The notes under the pieces were generated by a model that did not search any database, was not told the origin of the DNA, and saw nothing but the letters and a program-made list of their open reading frames with translations. DNA of 64,000 nucleotides, from NCBI GenBank assembly GCA_038087875.1, contig CM075992.1:7504001-7568000 (forward strand). The letters run 5' to 3'. This DNA is from Malacoraja senta. Taxonomy: Eukaryota. Below, one piece after another: positions 23,906-35,730 of the stretch. Position 1 is the stretch's first letter. Each line of letters opens with the position of its first letter. The position numbers and the translations under genes were made by a program.

Positions 23906-25884
23906 TTTCTACTTTCTACAAGGTACTTGTGGAAGTTTGTTTGAGTATTTGGTGACATGCTGAAACTCTCTGCACTTATAAGAAAGAAGTGTGCAGATGC
24001 ACTTTCTTTGTGCTTACATCTATGTGCGGGGGCCAGTACAGGTCATCCCCAAGATGTTATGCCCAGAAGTTTTAAGCTGATAACTCTATCCACGAAAACA
24101 AGCAAATGGTCTCCTGACCATCCCTTTTAAATTAAAGATGAGTTGCTTTGTTTTGTTGACATTGGGAGGTTGTTGTTGTGGCACTATACAAGCAGCTGTT
24201 CCATCTCTTTCCTGTATGTTGATTCATCACCTGTGATTTGGCCAACAACAATGGTGTTGGTGGTGAATTTTTAGTTGGCACTGGATTTTCCTCTGCTACT
24301 GTGATGGCTGTAAGGTGAGTGGAGCAAAGGGAAAAATACGTAGCCTTGAGGTGCACACCCTAATTCCACTTTGGCAAACTGGAACACCATCGCAACTTCT
24401 TGTACTACCATCGGCTTGCCCTCATTATGATTTTGCACCAACGTTTTTTTTGCAGTCATCTAGAATTTTACATAACATAGAAAATAGGTGCAGGAGTAGG
24501 CCATTTGGCCCTTTGTGCCAGCACCGCCATTCAATATGATCATGGCTGAATCAGTACCCCATTCCTGCTTTCTCCCCATATCCCTTGATTCTGTAACATT
24601 GATGTTACGTTTATGTTACATAACAGTTATGGATATTGTTTTGGAAGGACATGGGCAGGTTTGGAGGGATATGGGACAAACGTTGGCAAGTGGGACTAGT
24701 GTAGCTGCAACATGTTGACCAAGTGTGGGCAAGTTGACATGTGTGGGCAAGTTAGGCCGAAGGGCCTGTTTCCACACTGTACCACTGTATGATTTATGTG
24801 TAATGTATTTGTGTGTGTTTATCTGAGTCAATGTATCTGTGATACTTGCTGCAAGCAACATTTTCATTGCATCTTGTCTTTACCATACTCATGCCCATGA
24901 CAAATTGAACACGTCATTGAAGCAGGGACGTTGTTACTGATCTGCCATGATTGAGGTCTGCTGATGAAAAAGTCAGGGATCCGTTTGCAAAGGGAGTCTT
25001 GGAGCTGGGAGATGTTTGAAGACCATCTTCTTTTCGTGTCCATCTTGTGACAAATGTTGACCCCGCTGTCATCGTCCGTCATGAAAAGGACGCAAGCTTC
25101 CGGCGACACTCAGTGTGAGCCATCACTTGTGGCAATAGATGATGGTGGTAGCAGAATTAGCTCGGGATACTTCCAGTTTCCAGCCCCGCGACGTGGACGC
25201 TTCTGCTATGGGGCCTTTGAAGACCATGAATGTGTTTTACATTGAGCTGTACATTGTTTTACAGTGAGATGCTTCGGAGCAGAGTGGAGAGCCAGTGAGA
25301 TAGCATGTGCTGTTGACCTGTTGTGGCGATAGGTAAAATGCTAACTCTGTTTCTTTTCCCACAGATGTGCCCCGACCTATGGGCTCTTTCCAGTATTTTC
25401 TGTTACTTTGAGTCTCATTGATGTCAGTTCTTTATAAATGGACAACTGCACCAATGCTAGCTATAATCAATTATTTTGAGTTAAAACTAACGAGACATTA
25501 AATTCTTACATCTAGCGCAACAGTGCAAGGACAGACAGTGACTTGGCGAGATGAATGCGTAATAAACAAGCTGTACCAAATTAGGTGAAGAAAAACAATG
25601 TACGAAAAATCTCTAGGGAAATGGAGTAACAGCATCTTCAGGAAAATTTAAAAACAGGTTTAAAAACAAGTCAGCAGGGCAAGATAAGAACTCCTAGGGC
25701 AAGACGACAAACATTTAATTCCACAGCACAAATAGAAAGAGGTAAACTAGGATTAGGAAGCCTCATGAATTAAATTGCTGAGGAACAAGGCATTCATACA
25801 AACTAGTGTTTAATCTTCTCGCACCTTATTTCAGCTTGCTCCATCTAACAAAATGGCCTCCTCATCTCTTCTACATTGTACAAT

Positions 25885-27105
25885 TAGATAGATGGATAGA
25901 TAGATAGAATCTTTATTTGCCACACGACCAGGGTTGGTGGTATTTGGGTTCGGTACGTGATGGTACACTGCTTTAGTCACATTAACACTAATAACACAGA
26001 TCATAGTAATAAAGTGCATCCATACCACATCACAAATGACAAATCTCACCAACAATACATAGTGCAAAAGAACAGACAAGACCATAGACAAGACACTGTA
26101 TACACCAAAAGTCCTTAGTATTGTCTGTTATTGGAAGGAATTGAGTGTTCTTATTGCTGAGGGGAAGAAACTGTTTTTAAAGCGGGTGGATTTTGTAGCA
26201 ATTGACCTAAGGCGCCTCCCTGAAGGGAGAGACTGGAAAAGGTGGTTTGCTGGATGGGAGGGGTCCGAGATGATCTTTATTGTCCGTTTTGAGGTACGTT
26301 GGAGGTAAATGGTATGGATTGAGGGGAGGGAAGAGTTGATGATCCTAGAGGCCTTGGAGACAATGCGCTGTATTCTGTGTAGTGAGTGACTGTCAGTGTT
26401 TCCGTACCAGACTGTGATTGAGGAGGTGATGATGCTTTCAATGATGGATTGATAGAAGCGGACCAGGAGGTGTTTGTGGACTCTGACCTTTTTGAGCTGT
26501 CTGAGGAAGTATAGGCGTTGTTGTCCTTTCTTGATGATGTGGTCTGCATTGATGTGCCATTTTAGATTATTGCAGATATAGGTGCCCAGAATCTTAATGA
26601 GTTCGTAGAGGTTATGGGATGGGAGTTGACATGGACCGGGGGTTTGGGGTTTTGTTTGCGTCTGAAATCTATGATGATTTCTAAGGTTTTTGAAGTATTA
26701 AGCTGGAGGTTGTTGTCTGCGCACCATTTGACTGCGCTGTCCACTGTTTGATGGTATTGTGATTCGTTGTTGTCTGAGATGAGGCCAATTATTGTTGTGT
26801 CGTCTGCATATTTGAAAACAATTTTGACTGAGCTGCATTGGGATGTGAGGTTGTTGGTGTAAAGTGAGAAGAGCTGAGGTGACAGAACGCACCCTTGAGG
26901 GGCTCCTGTGTTGAGAGTCAGAGGGCTGGAGAGTTTTTCACCCACCTTGACTCTTTGCTGTCTGTTTGTCAGAAAGTGCAGAATCCAATGGCACATGGCT
27001 AGGTGAATGCTCATGTCCAACAGTTTATTGTAGAGTTTAATTGGGTGTATAGTGTTAAAGACCGAGCTAAAATCTATAAACAGGATGCGTGCATAAGTGT
27101 CTAGC
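25885..27105 (-). mobile_element. Rex1/Babar-type LINE RT fragment, frameshifted
   Basis: WILHFLTNRQQRV, GAPQGCVLSPQLFSLYT, KYADDTTIIGLIS, LN.SKT.EIIIDFRR; (TATC)n tail. Confidence 0.85.
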
Positions 27106-27689
27106 TTTTATTATCTAGCTTTTCCTTAAATGCATCCACCAACCACTCAATGTGGCGATGTTTAGTTTAGTTTAGAGATACAGTGTGGAGCCAGGCCCTT
27201 CGGCCCACCGAGTCCATACTGACAAGCGATCCCCATACACTAGGACTATCCTACACAGTCGGGACAATTTACAATTTTACCAAAGCCAATTAGCCTGCAA
27301 ACTTGTAGGTCTTTGGAGTGTGGGAGGAAACCGGAGCATCCGGAGAAAACCCACTTGGTCATGGGGAGAACGTACAACGAGGAGTTTGGGGTACAGTATT
27401 CCAAAGATTCATAACTCTCAGAGAAATAATTTCTCTGAAACAGGTGGCACCTTTCTTTGGAACTATGTCTCTTAGGTCTAGATACTGCACCTTGAGGGGA
27501 ATATTCCCTCTGCATCATCCAAATCATTGATATAGATGACAAACAGCATTGGGCCCAGCATCAATCCCTGAGGCACACTACTAATCACAGGCCTCCAGTC
27601 TGAAAATCCTTCCACCACCACCCTCCTACCATTAAGCCTCATTAGCTATAGGAAGTGCTTTCAGTGACTGGTTCTCCAGAAAATGTGGT

Positions 27690-28150
27690 CACATTTTTAC
27701 AAAAAGTTGTAAACACTGCCCAGTCCATCATCGGCTCTGACCTCCCTACCATCGAGGGGATCTACCACAGTCGCTGCGTCAAAAAGGCTGGCAGCATCAT
27801 CAAGGACCCACACCATCCTGGCCACTCACTCATCTCTCCGCTGCCTTCAGGTAGAAGTTACAGGAGCCTGAAATCTGCGACATCCAGGTTCAGGAACAGC
27901 ATCTTCCCCACAGCCATCAGACTATTAAACTCAACTCAAACAAAAATCTGAACTTTAATAGCTTATTGCACTTTATATGCTTATTTATGTGTGTATATAT
28001 ATATTCAATGGTATATGGACACACTGATCTGTTCTGTATTTATTTATGCCTACAATATTCTGTTGTGCTGAAGCAAAGCAAGAATTTAATTGTCCATTCT
28101 GGGACACATGACAATAAACTCTCTTGAACTCTTGAACTTGAACTCTTGAA
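27690..28150 (+). mobile_element. Rex1-type LINE 3' end
   Basis: LQKVVNTAQSIIG..LP.IE.IY..RC.KKA.SIIKDPHHPGH..LPSGR.YRS; (cttgaa)n tail. Confidence 0.82.
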
Positions 28151-28465
28151 CATACATTACATATAGAGACGGTGATTAAGGGATAAGTAGTGGCTTGGAT
28201 AGCAGGCAATTTGTTCCTCACTCTTCCAGTAGAGTGATGCACATTGTCGTCAAGTGGGTTCAGTTCAACAATTCACCCAAAAGACAATATTTCTGAAAGA
28301 ATAGTAGTTGCCTAAATGTGGTGCTGTTGACTGCTCACCATTCTGACTCAGGCATGACCACTTAATCCTTGAGGGCACCCTCCATGCTCAGCTGATCGCT
28401 TCCCGGACACCCAAACATCTACTGCGCATCTTTCAAAATCTGCTGCAATGCTTAAACAAACTCAC

Positions 28466-28606
28466 TGTGACGATGTGCACTGGGCAACTGTGGTTTTAAG
28501 TTGATCACAGTCCTTTTGCCATGTGGATGGGTTCAATGAGACACACTCCCCATATGCCTCCATCTCCTTTGAGCAGTACCGTGCCGTTATCTCAAAAGCT
28601 GCTTGC
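28466..28606 (-). CDS. CHCHD5: CHCHD5 coding exon 2 (first twin CX9C domain)
   Basis: (M)QAAFEITARYCSKEMEAYGECVSLNPSTWQKDCDQLKTTVAQCTSSH; 141 nt, AG/GT; resembles human MQAALEVTARYCGRELEQYGQCV. Confidence 0.95.
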
Positions 28607-28809
28607 CTGTCATTAAAACAAAGCAAAGATTAGACACACTCAGGATGAATGGCACTTATTTACAGCAAAACTATTTTGTTTGGAAGAGCAAATAGAGTCA
28701 TATTGTGGAAACAGGTCCTTCAGCCTAACTTGCCCACACCAAACAACATGTCTCATCTACATTAGTCCCACCTGCCTGCATTATCCCATATGCCTCTAAA
28801 CCTGTCCTA

Positions 28810-29560
28810 TCAAGAGTCAAGAGTGTTTTTTTGTCATATGTCCCGGACGGGGCAATAAAATTCTTACTTGCTGCAGCACAACAGAATATGTGCATATTTA
28901 AACATTGTATATAACGGGGGGAAAAAAAGTTCAATAAATAACAAATATAGTGTAAATAACAAATAATAATATAGTCTTTTGCAGTTCAGAGCTCATAGCT
29001 TATTCGTTGGGTTTAATACCCTGATGGCTGTAGGGAAGAAGCTGTTCCTGAACCTGGACGTTGCAGTCTTCAGGCTCCTGTACCTTCTTCCTGATGGCAG
29101 TGGTGAGATGAGTGTGTGGCCAGGATGGTGTGGGTCCTTGATGATTTTGGCTGCCCTTTTGAGGCAGCGACTACGATAGATCCCTTCGACAGTGGGGAGG
29201 TCAAAGCCGGTGATGGACTGGGCAGTGGTCACAACTTTTTGTAGTATTTTTCGCTCCTGGACGTTCAAGTTGCCGAACCAGGCATTGGATTAATGCAACC
29301 AGTCAGAATGCTCTCTACCGTGCACCTGTAGAAGTTTAGGAGAATCCTCTTCGACATGCCGAATCTCCGTAATCTTCTCAGGAAGTAGAGTTGCTGACTT
29401 TACAATTACATCGGTGTGCTGGGTCCAGGAAAGATCTTCTGATATATGCACGCCCAGGAATTTGAAGTTATTGACCCTCTCCACCATCATCCCGTTGATA
29501 TAAACAGGATTGGGGGTCCTCATCCTTCCGCTACTAAAGTCCACAAGCAGTTCCTTGGTC
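28810..29560 (-). mobile_element. Rex1-type LINE 3' fragment nested in a CR1 fragment
   Basis: TKELLVDF...VERVNNFKFLGVHISEDLSW and LQKVVTTAQSITG...LPSGRRYRS; CR1 sequence on both flanks. Confidence 0.82.
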
Positions 29561-30007
29561 CTACTGTCCATGTACCTGTCCAAATGTTTCTTAAATGTTG
29601 CGATAGTACCAGGCTCAACAACCTCCTCTGGCAGCTCGTTCCATACACCCATCACCCTTTGTGTGAAAAAGTCAACCCTCAGGTTCCTATTAAATCTTTT
29701 CCCCCTCACCTTCAACCTATGTCCTCTGGTTCTCAAAGCTTTTCACTGTACCTCAGTACACATGATAATAATAAACTAAACTACACTAAAAGGTGATCTG
29801 AGGAGAAAGTTGTTTTGTCACATAGTGAATGGTTGATATCAGTAACACACAGCCAGAGGAGATAATGGAATTAGATACAATTACTATATTTAAGAGGCAT
29901 TGATACGAATATCTAAATAGGCAAGGCACCCAAGTACAGGGTTTTAATGTCTGCAAATTGGATTAATGCAAGGTGCAATAAGGTCAGTGCGGATGTGGTT
30001 AGCCAGA

Positions 30008-30280
30008 GTTTAGTTTAGTATAGAGATACAGCGCGGAAACAGGCCCTTCGGCCCACCAAGTCCACACTGACAAGCGATCCCCATACACTAGGACTATCCT
30101 ACACACTAGGGCCAGTTTACAATTTTACCAAAGCCAATTAACCTACAAACCTTTACGTCTGTGGAGTGTGGGAGGAAACCGGAGCACCTAGAGAAAACCC
30201 ACGTGGTCATGGGGAGAACGTACAAACTCCATAGAGACAACAGTCCGGCGCTGAAAGGCAGCAACTCTACCACTGCACGA
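30008..30280 (-). mobile_element. V-SINE
   Basis: Core and tail intact, head partly deleted. Confidence 0.78.
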
Positions 30281-30589
30281 GTGCTACCAATGGCCCATTT
30301 GTGTTCTGTACAAGTCTATAACTTTAATTTTATGTGTTGAGATGAATTAAGAACGTCCTGTTCAAAATTCAAATGGCAGAGAACCCTCTCTATGCATACT
30401 GTTCCATCGCTGGAATGCTTATCAGGTTTATAGCATCCATGATGAAGCAAACAGTACAAAATATTAAACTGCTGCTGGAGTGTTGGTATATTCAAATGCT
30501 TGGGACACCCATTCAACCTCAGGATCGCAAATCAGATCCCTTAGTTACACCGAGTAAGGTCTGTTAATATCTCAATAATGAAATTATTA

Positions 30590-31210
30590 TTTGAGTGTAG
30601 GAGCAGGGAGGTTCTACTGCAGTTGTACAGGGTCTTGGTGAGACCACACCTGGAGTATTGCGTACAGTTTTGGTCTCCAAATCTGAGGAAGGACATTATT
30701 GCCATAGAGGGAGTGCAGAGAAGGTTCACCAGACTGATTCCTGGGATGTCAGGACTGTCTTATGAAGAAAGACTGGATAAACTTGGTTTATACTCTCTCG
30801 AATTTAGGAGATTGAGAGGGGATCTTATAGAAACTTACAAAATTCTTAAGGGGTTGGACAGGCTAGATGCAGGAAGATTGCTCCCGATGTTGGGGAAGTC
30901 CAGGACAAGGGGTCACAGCTTAAGGATAAGGGGGAAATCCTTTAAAACCGAGATGAGAAGAACTTTTTTCACACAGAGAGTGGTGAATCTCTGGAACTCT
31001 CTGCCACAGAGGGTAGTCGAGGCCAGTTCATTGGCTATATTTAAGAGAGGGTTAGATGTGGCCCTTGTGGCTAAAGGGATCAGAGGGTATGGAGAGAAGG
31101 CAGGTACGGGATACTGAGTTGGATGATCAGCCATGATCATATTGAATGGCGATGCAGGCTCGAAGGGCCGAATGGCCTGCTCCTGCACCTAATTTCTATG
31201 TTTCTATGAA
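30590..31210 (+). mobile_element. CR1 LINE 3' end with intact 179-codon reading frame
   Basis: [19 protein letters not shown]...QRRFTRLIPGM...TRGH...QRVVNLWNSLP; (ttctatgt)n tail. Confidence 0.93.
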
Positions 31211-31344
31211 ATGGTCTACAATTAGAGTTCAAAGGCTATTGACTGAGTACAGAAGAGCTGACCTGATGGTTATATTGTTGCATCAGTCAATATCTCTGCT
31301 GTACCTAATGTGATGTTGTGTTCAAGAGATTATCAGCAACTTCA

Positions 31345-31685
31345 GAAGGTTAAGAGGGGACTTGATAGAGGTCTTTAAAATTATGAGCGGGTTAGACAGA
31401 GTGGACGTGGATAAGCTTTTCCCATTGAGAGTAGGGAAGATTCAAACAAGGGGACATGACTTGAGAATTAAGGGACAGAAGTTTAGGGGGAACATTAGGG
31501 GGAACTTCTTTACTCAGAGAGTGGTAGCTGTGTGGAATGAGCTTCCAGTGGAAGTGGTCGAGGCAGGTTCGATGTTATCCTTTAAAAATAGATTGGATGG
31601 GTATATGGACGGGAAAGGAATGGAGGGTTATGGTCTGAGTGCAGGTAGATGGGACTAGGGGGAAGTATTTTATTTTTAATTTAAA

Positions 31686-31717
<32 letters not shown>

Positions 31718-31822
31718 ATAATTAAAATTTAAAAAAAAATTAAAGGTTCGGCACGGACTTGAAGGGCCGAGATGGCCTGTTTCCGTGCTGTTATGGTTAT
31801 ATGGTTATATGGTTATATGGTT
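31345..31822 (+). mobile_element. CR1 LINE 3' end (second subfamily) with (tatggt)n tail
   Basis: RGDLIEVFKIMSGLDRVD...TRGH...FFTQRVVAVWNELP. Confidence 0.88.
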
Positions 31823-32299
31823 CATAGATTCTGGTTGTGGGAAGAGAACTCAAGTTCCTTTCCTCTTTTCTAATTAAAGATCCCAATGTAAAACATTAAC
31901 TGCCGCTATTTTGCACTAAACGTTATTCCCTATCATGTATCTGCAAACTGTGAATGGCTCAATTGTAATCATATATAGTCTTTCCACTGTGTAAGAAGCA
32001 ACTGCAGATGATGGTTTACACCGAAGATAGACACAAAAAGCTGGAGTAACTCAGCGGGACAGGCTGCATCTCCGGAAAGAATGAATGGGTGACGTTTCGG
32101 GTCATGACCGAAGAAGGGTCTCAACCCGAAACGTCACCCATTCCTTCCCTCCGGAGATGCTGCTTGTCCCGCTTTTTGTGTCTATCTGTAGTCTTTCCGC
32201 TGACTGGTTAGCACACAACAAAAGCCTTTCACTGTACCTTGGTACACGTGACAATAAACTATACTGAACCGAGATAGTAGTTCAAGACTGCTCTCCAGT

Positions 32300-32662
32300 T
32301 CATAAGGTCATAAGTGATAGGAGCAGAATTCAGCCATTCGGCCCATCAAGTCTACTCCGCCATTCAATCGCGGCTGATCTATCTCTCAATCCTAACCTCA
32401 TTCTCCTGCCTTCTCCCCATAAACCCTGAATCCCATACTAACCATGAATCTATGTATCTGCCTTAAAAATATCCATTGACTTGGCCTCCACAGCCGTGTG
32501 TGGCAAAGAATTCCACAGATTCACCACCCTCTGACTGAAGAAATTCCTCATCTCCTTCCTAAAAGAACGTCCTTTAATTCTGAGGCTGTGACCTCTAGTC
32601 CTAGACTCTCCCACTAGTGGAAACACCCTTTCCACAGCCACTCTATCCAAGCCTTTCACTAT
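32300..32662 (-). mobile_element. CR1 LINE 3' end
   Basis: ESRTRGHSLRIKGRSFRKEMRNFFSQRVVNLWNSLP. Confidence 0.85.
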
Positions 32663-32818
32663 TCGCTGTGGTAGGATGATACGGTTATCCTCCCCAACAG
32701 GGCACCGTGCACCACTCGGCCCATTCCTCTTCCCTACTATCCCGCGATAAGGGGACGCGGACAGGGCCCGGTGCCCCCCCGCGGGCCACTCCTCCGCCCC
32801 AGTCCCACCTTCACTCAC

Positions 32819-32820
32819 AT
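32819..32820 (-). CDS. CHCHD5: CHCHD5 exon 1 coding part: AT of the split start codon
   Basis: The minus strand reads cggcgacAT|gtgagt. Exon 2 begins with G, completing ATG-CAA-GCA. The site lies in the CpG island. Confidence 0.75.
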
Positions 32821-33404
32821 GTCGCCGACAACCTCCACACGCCGCAGGCAACTGGGTGGGAACCACCAAGCAACCCCCGGTGATTGGACCATCAGCCTGC
32901 GATCACCCGCAACACCCTTCTGATTGGACAATGGGGGCGGGACATCCACTGGCGCCGCCACCGACTATTGGCCGGCCGCCTGCCCATCATCACTTGATTG
33001 GACAATGGGGGCGGGACATCTACTGCCGCCGCCCACCGGCCCCCACGGTGGCCGCCGATTGGAGCAGCCGTCTGTCCGTCACCCATTGTCCTCCTGATTG
33101 GACAATGGGTGATATCTCTAAATCAAGGCATTTGAGGCCACTGGGCGAGTGAGATCACTTCACGTGACGCAGTTAGGGACGATTGTCGGAGATAGGATGA
33201 TATAGTGTCAAGTGCACGGAGCGGGCGGTTTTCATGTTACGAGGGGAGGAACAGGCAGAGCGGAAGTGCCGGTTGCTATGGAGGTCACGTGTGACGTGCT
33301 CCGGAAGTAGCGGTCGCCACTGAGGGGAGGGGGGGGTCACGTGGGCGGGATGCCGGTTGCTGTGGCAGCGTCACCGCGGCGGGCCTGCTGCACCGAGTCC
33401 GGCC
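32821..33404. promoter_or_regulatory. Bidirectional CpG-island promoter between CHCHD5 and ATP13A1
   Basis: CpG-rich ~32690-33750. Six ATTGG (reverse CCAAT) at 32883, 32923, 32967, 32997, 33058 and 33097; GC boxes; CACGTG at 33161, 33286 and 33338; ETS CGGAAGT at 33261 and 33302; X-box-like GTTGCTATGG at 33272. Confidence 0.85.
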
Positions 33405-33730
33405 ATGAAGGCGGTGCAGGAGGACACGGAGCCGCTGCTGGGGCCGGGCCAGGGCCAGGGCCAGGGCCCGAGTAGGGCGGGCGGCCTCCATGAGGAGCTG
33501 GTGGAGAGCGTGTCGCTGTACCGCCGCCGGCCCTTGCCGCTGTACGGCACGCTGGGGCCCTTCGCCGCGCTCTACGCCGCCTGGCTCTACCTGTGGGTCG
33601 GCCACTACGGGGTCAGCAGTACCCGGAGGCGGGCCTCATCGCCCTCGCCGCGCTCGTCATCCTGCACATCCTCACCGTGCTGTCGGGGCACTGGTCTGTG
33701 CACGCACACTGCCTGCTCACTTGCACCGCG
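33405..33730 (+). CDS. ATP13A1: ATP13A1 (P5A-ATPase) exon 1, with apparent 1-nt deletion near 33612-33620
   Basis: gccATG start MKAVQED...[41 protein letters not shown], then in a shifted frame [38 protein letters not shown]|gtaaga. The exon is 326 nt, 1 short of a multiple of 3. Confidence 0.88.
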
Positions 33731-33889
33731 GTAAGAATGCGCACCAGCCAAAAATCGAATGTATTATTATACACACAAAAACGCTGGAGTACCGAAGATA
33801 AACACCAAAAGCTGGAGTAGCGCAGCGGGTCAGACAGCATCTTTGGAGAAAAGGAATGGGTGACATTTCGGGTCTCCTTTTCTCCAGGA

Positions 33890-33985
33890 AAGGGTGAGGG
33901 TGTCTGATGTTGAAAGAACCGAAGCACCCAATGATCCCAGGTTACATCACTGATGATGTGTTCAGGAGCATCAATAGATGTATTT
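33890..33985 (+). mobile_element. HERO-like retrotransposon 3'UTR fragment
   Basis: Nearly identical to the 3' end of the element at 45246-45708, in reverse complement. Confidence 0.7.
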
Positions 33986-34297
33986 GTTACAACCGCACCA
34001 GCCAAAATCAAATGTATTATTATAGACACAAAAACGCTGGAGTAGCTCAGCGGGTCAGACAACATCTCTAGAGAAAAGGAGACCCGAAATGTCACCCATT
34101 CCTTCTCTCCAGAGATGCTGTCTGACCCGCTGCGCTAACTGCCAGCTTTTGTGTTAATCTTCAGTTTAAACCAGCATCTGCAGTTCCTTCCTACACACGT
34201 ATTATCATAGACAGACTTATAGACTGTCTGAAGAAGGGTCTCGACCCGAAGAGATGCTGCCTGTCATGCTAGGTTACTACAGCATTTTGTGTCTCTC

Positions 34298-34797
34298 GTT
34301 CTTGCTATTGAGGGAGTGCAGCGTAGGTTTACAAGGTTAATTCCCGGGATGGCGGGACTGTCATATGCTGAGAGAATGGAGCAGCTGGGCTTTTACACTC
34401 TGAGTTTAGAAGGATGAGAGGGCATCTCATTGAAACATATAAGATTGTTAAGGGTTTGGACATGCTAAAGGCAGGAAACATGTTCCCGATGTTGGGGGAG
34501 TCCAGAACCAGGGGCCACAGTTTAAGATAAGCAGTAAGCCATTTAGAACGGAGACGAGGAAACACTTTTCCTCACAGAGAGTGGTGAGTCTGTGGGATTC
34601 TCTGCCTCTCTATGGTGGAGGCAGGTTCTCTGGATGCTTTCAAGAGAGAGCTAGATAGGGCTCTTAAAAATAGCGGAGTCGGGGGATATGGGGAGAAGAC
34701 AGGAACGGGGGTACTGATTGGGGATGATCAGCCATGATCACATTGTATGGCGGTGCTGGCTCGAAGGGCTGAATGGCCTACTCCTGCACCTATTGTC
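34298..34797 (+). mobile_element. CR1 LINE 3' end
   Basis: Same subfamily as 7372-7950. Confidence 0.88.
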
Positions 34798-35089
34798 TTC
34801 GGTGTAAACAAGCATCAGTAGTTCCTCTCTACACAAATATATCATTGCTATCCACTGAAGGTAAACCCAGCTACTGGCGTGGTCCAGCACAGAAGATGGG
34901 CACAAATGCTGGAGTAACTCAGCGGGGCAGACAACATCTCTGGAGAGAAGGAATGGGTGACGTTTGGGTTGAGACCCTTCTTCAGACTGGTGTTGTAACT
35001 ATACCGAGGTACCCCCAGCTTGATATGCACAGAGGCATGCTGGAGTATTGAGATAGGATTATACTCTGGGAGGGATGTGTGCATTGCAA

Positions 35090-35730
35090 GTTTGCTTGGG
35101 TACAGAGAAGAAGTGTACGATGTGGGTTAGGTTCAGGAACTGGGGCTGTACAGTGTGGGTGTATCAGGGTAGAGGGACTGGGGAGTGTGCAGTGCAGATA
35201 TGCTAGGGTACAGATGTAGAGCCCAAAGTGCTGCAGTAACTCAGTGTGTCAGGCAACATTTCTCGAGGACATGGATAAGTTGGGAGTTTTGTGTCTGAAT
35301 AAGGGTCCTGACTTGAATTGTTGCATATCGTGTCCTCCAGGTATACTGCCTGACACGCTGAGTTACTCTAGTTTGTTCTATACAAGATTCCAGGCTACGG
35401 GGACGCGCAGTGTGTGTGCAGGAGACGGACTGGAGCTGTTCTGTGTGTTTTACATGATACAGGGACTGAAGCGGTTCAGTGTGTGTGTCTGCAGGATACA
35501 GGGACTGGGCTGTACAGTGTGTTTGTGTGCCAGGGTACAGGGACTAGGTGTGTAGGAAAGAACTGCTGATGCTGGTTTAACTCGATGGTAGACCCAAAAT
35601 GCTGGAGTAACTCAGTGGGTTAGGCAGCATCTCTGGAGAGAAGGAATAGGTGCCGTTTCGGATCAAGACCCTTCATCAGACACAGGGACTAGGCTTGTAT
35701 TGTTATGTGTGTGCACACCAGGGACTGGAA
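35090..35730. repeat. Degenerate minisatellite (gggtacagggactggggctgtacagtgtgtgt-like units) interrupted by Penelope minis
   Basis: Recurrent acagggactgg / tgtacagtgtg motifs at ~35-40 bp spacing. Confidence 0.6.

Noticed and set aside
32881..33110. ER-stress element (ERSE/ERSE-II) expected for an ER gene
   Set aside because: No CCAAT-N9-CCACG or ATTGG-N-CCACG with correct spacing was found.
33350..33474. Upstream ATG at 33350, in frame with the post-frameshift half of ATP13A1 exon 1
   Set aside because: That frame hits TAG at ~33472, so it cannot rescue the frameshift; at most it is an overlapping uORF.
33898..33962. CTGATG...GAA motifs in the HERO 3'UTR as a possible hammerhead
   Set aside because: The first core reads CTGATGT rather than CTGANGA, and the second CTGATGA lacks a downstream stem II-GAAA. 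It is only a simple hairpin.
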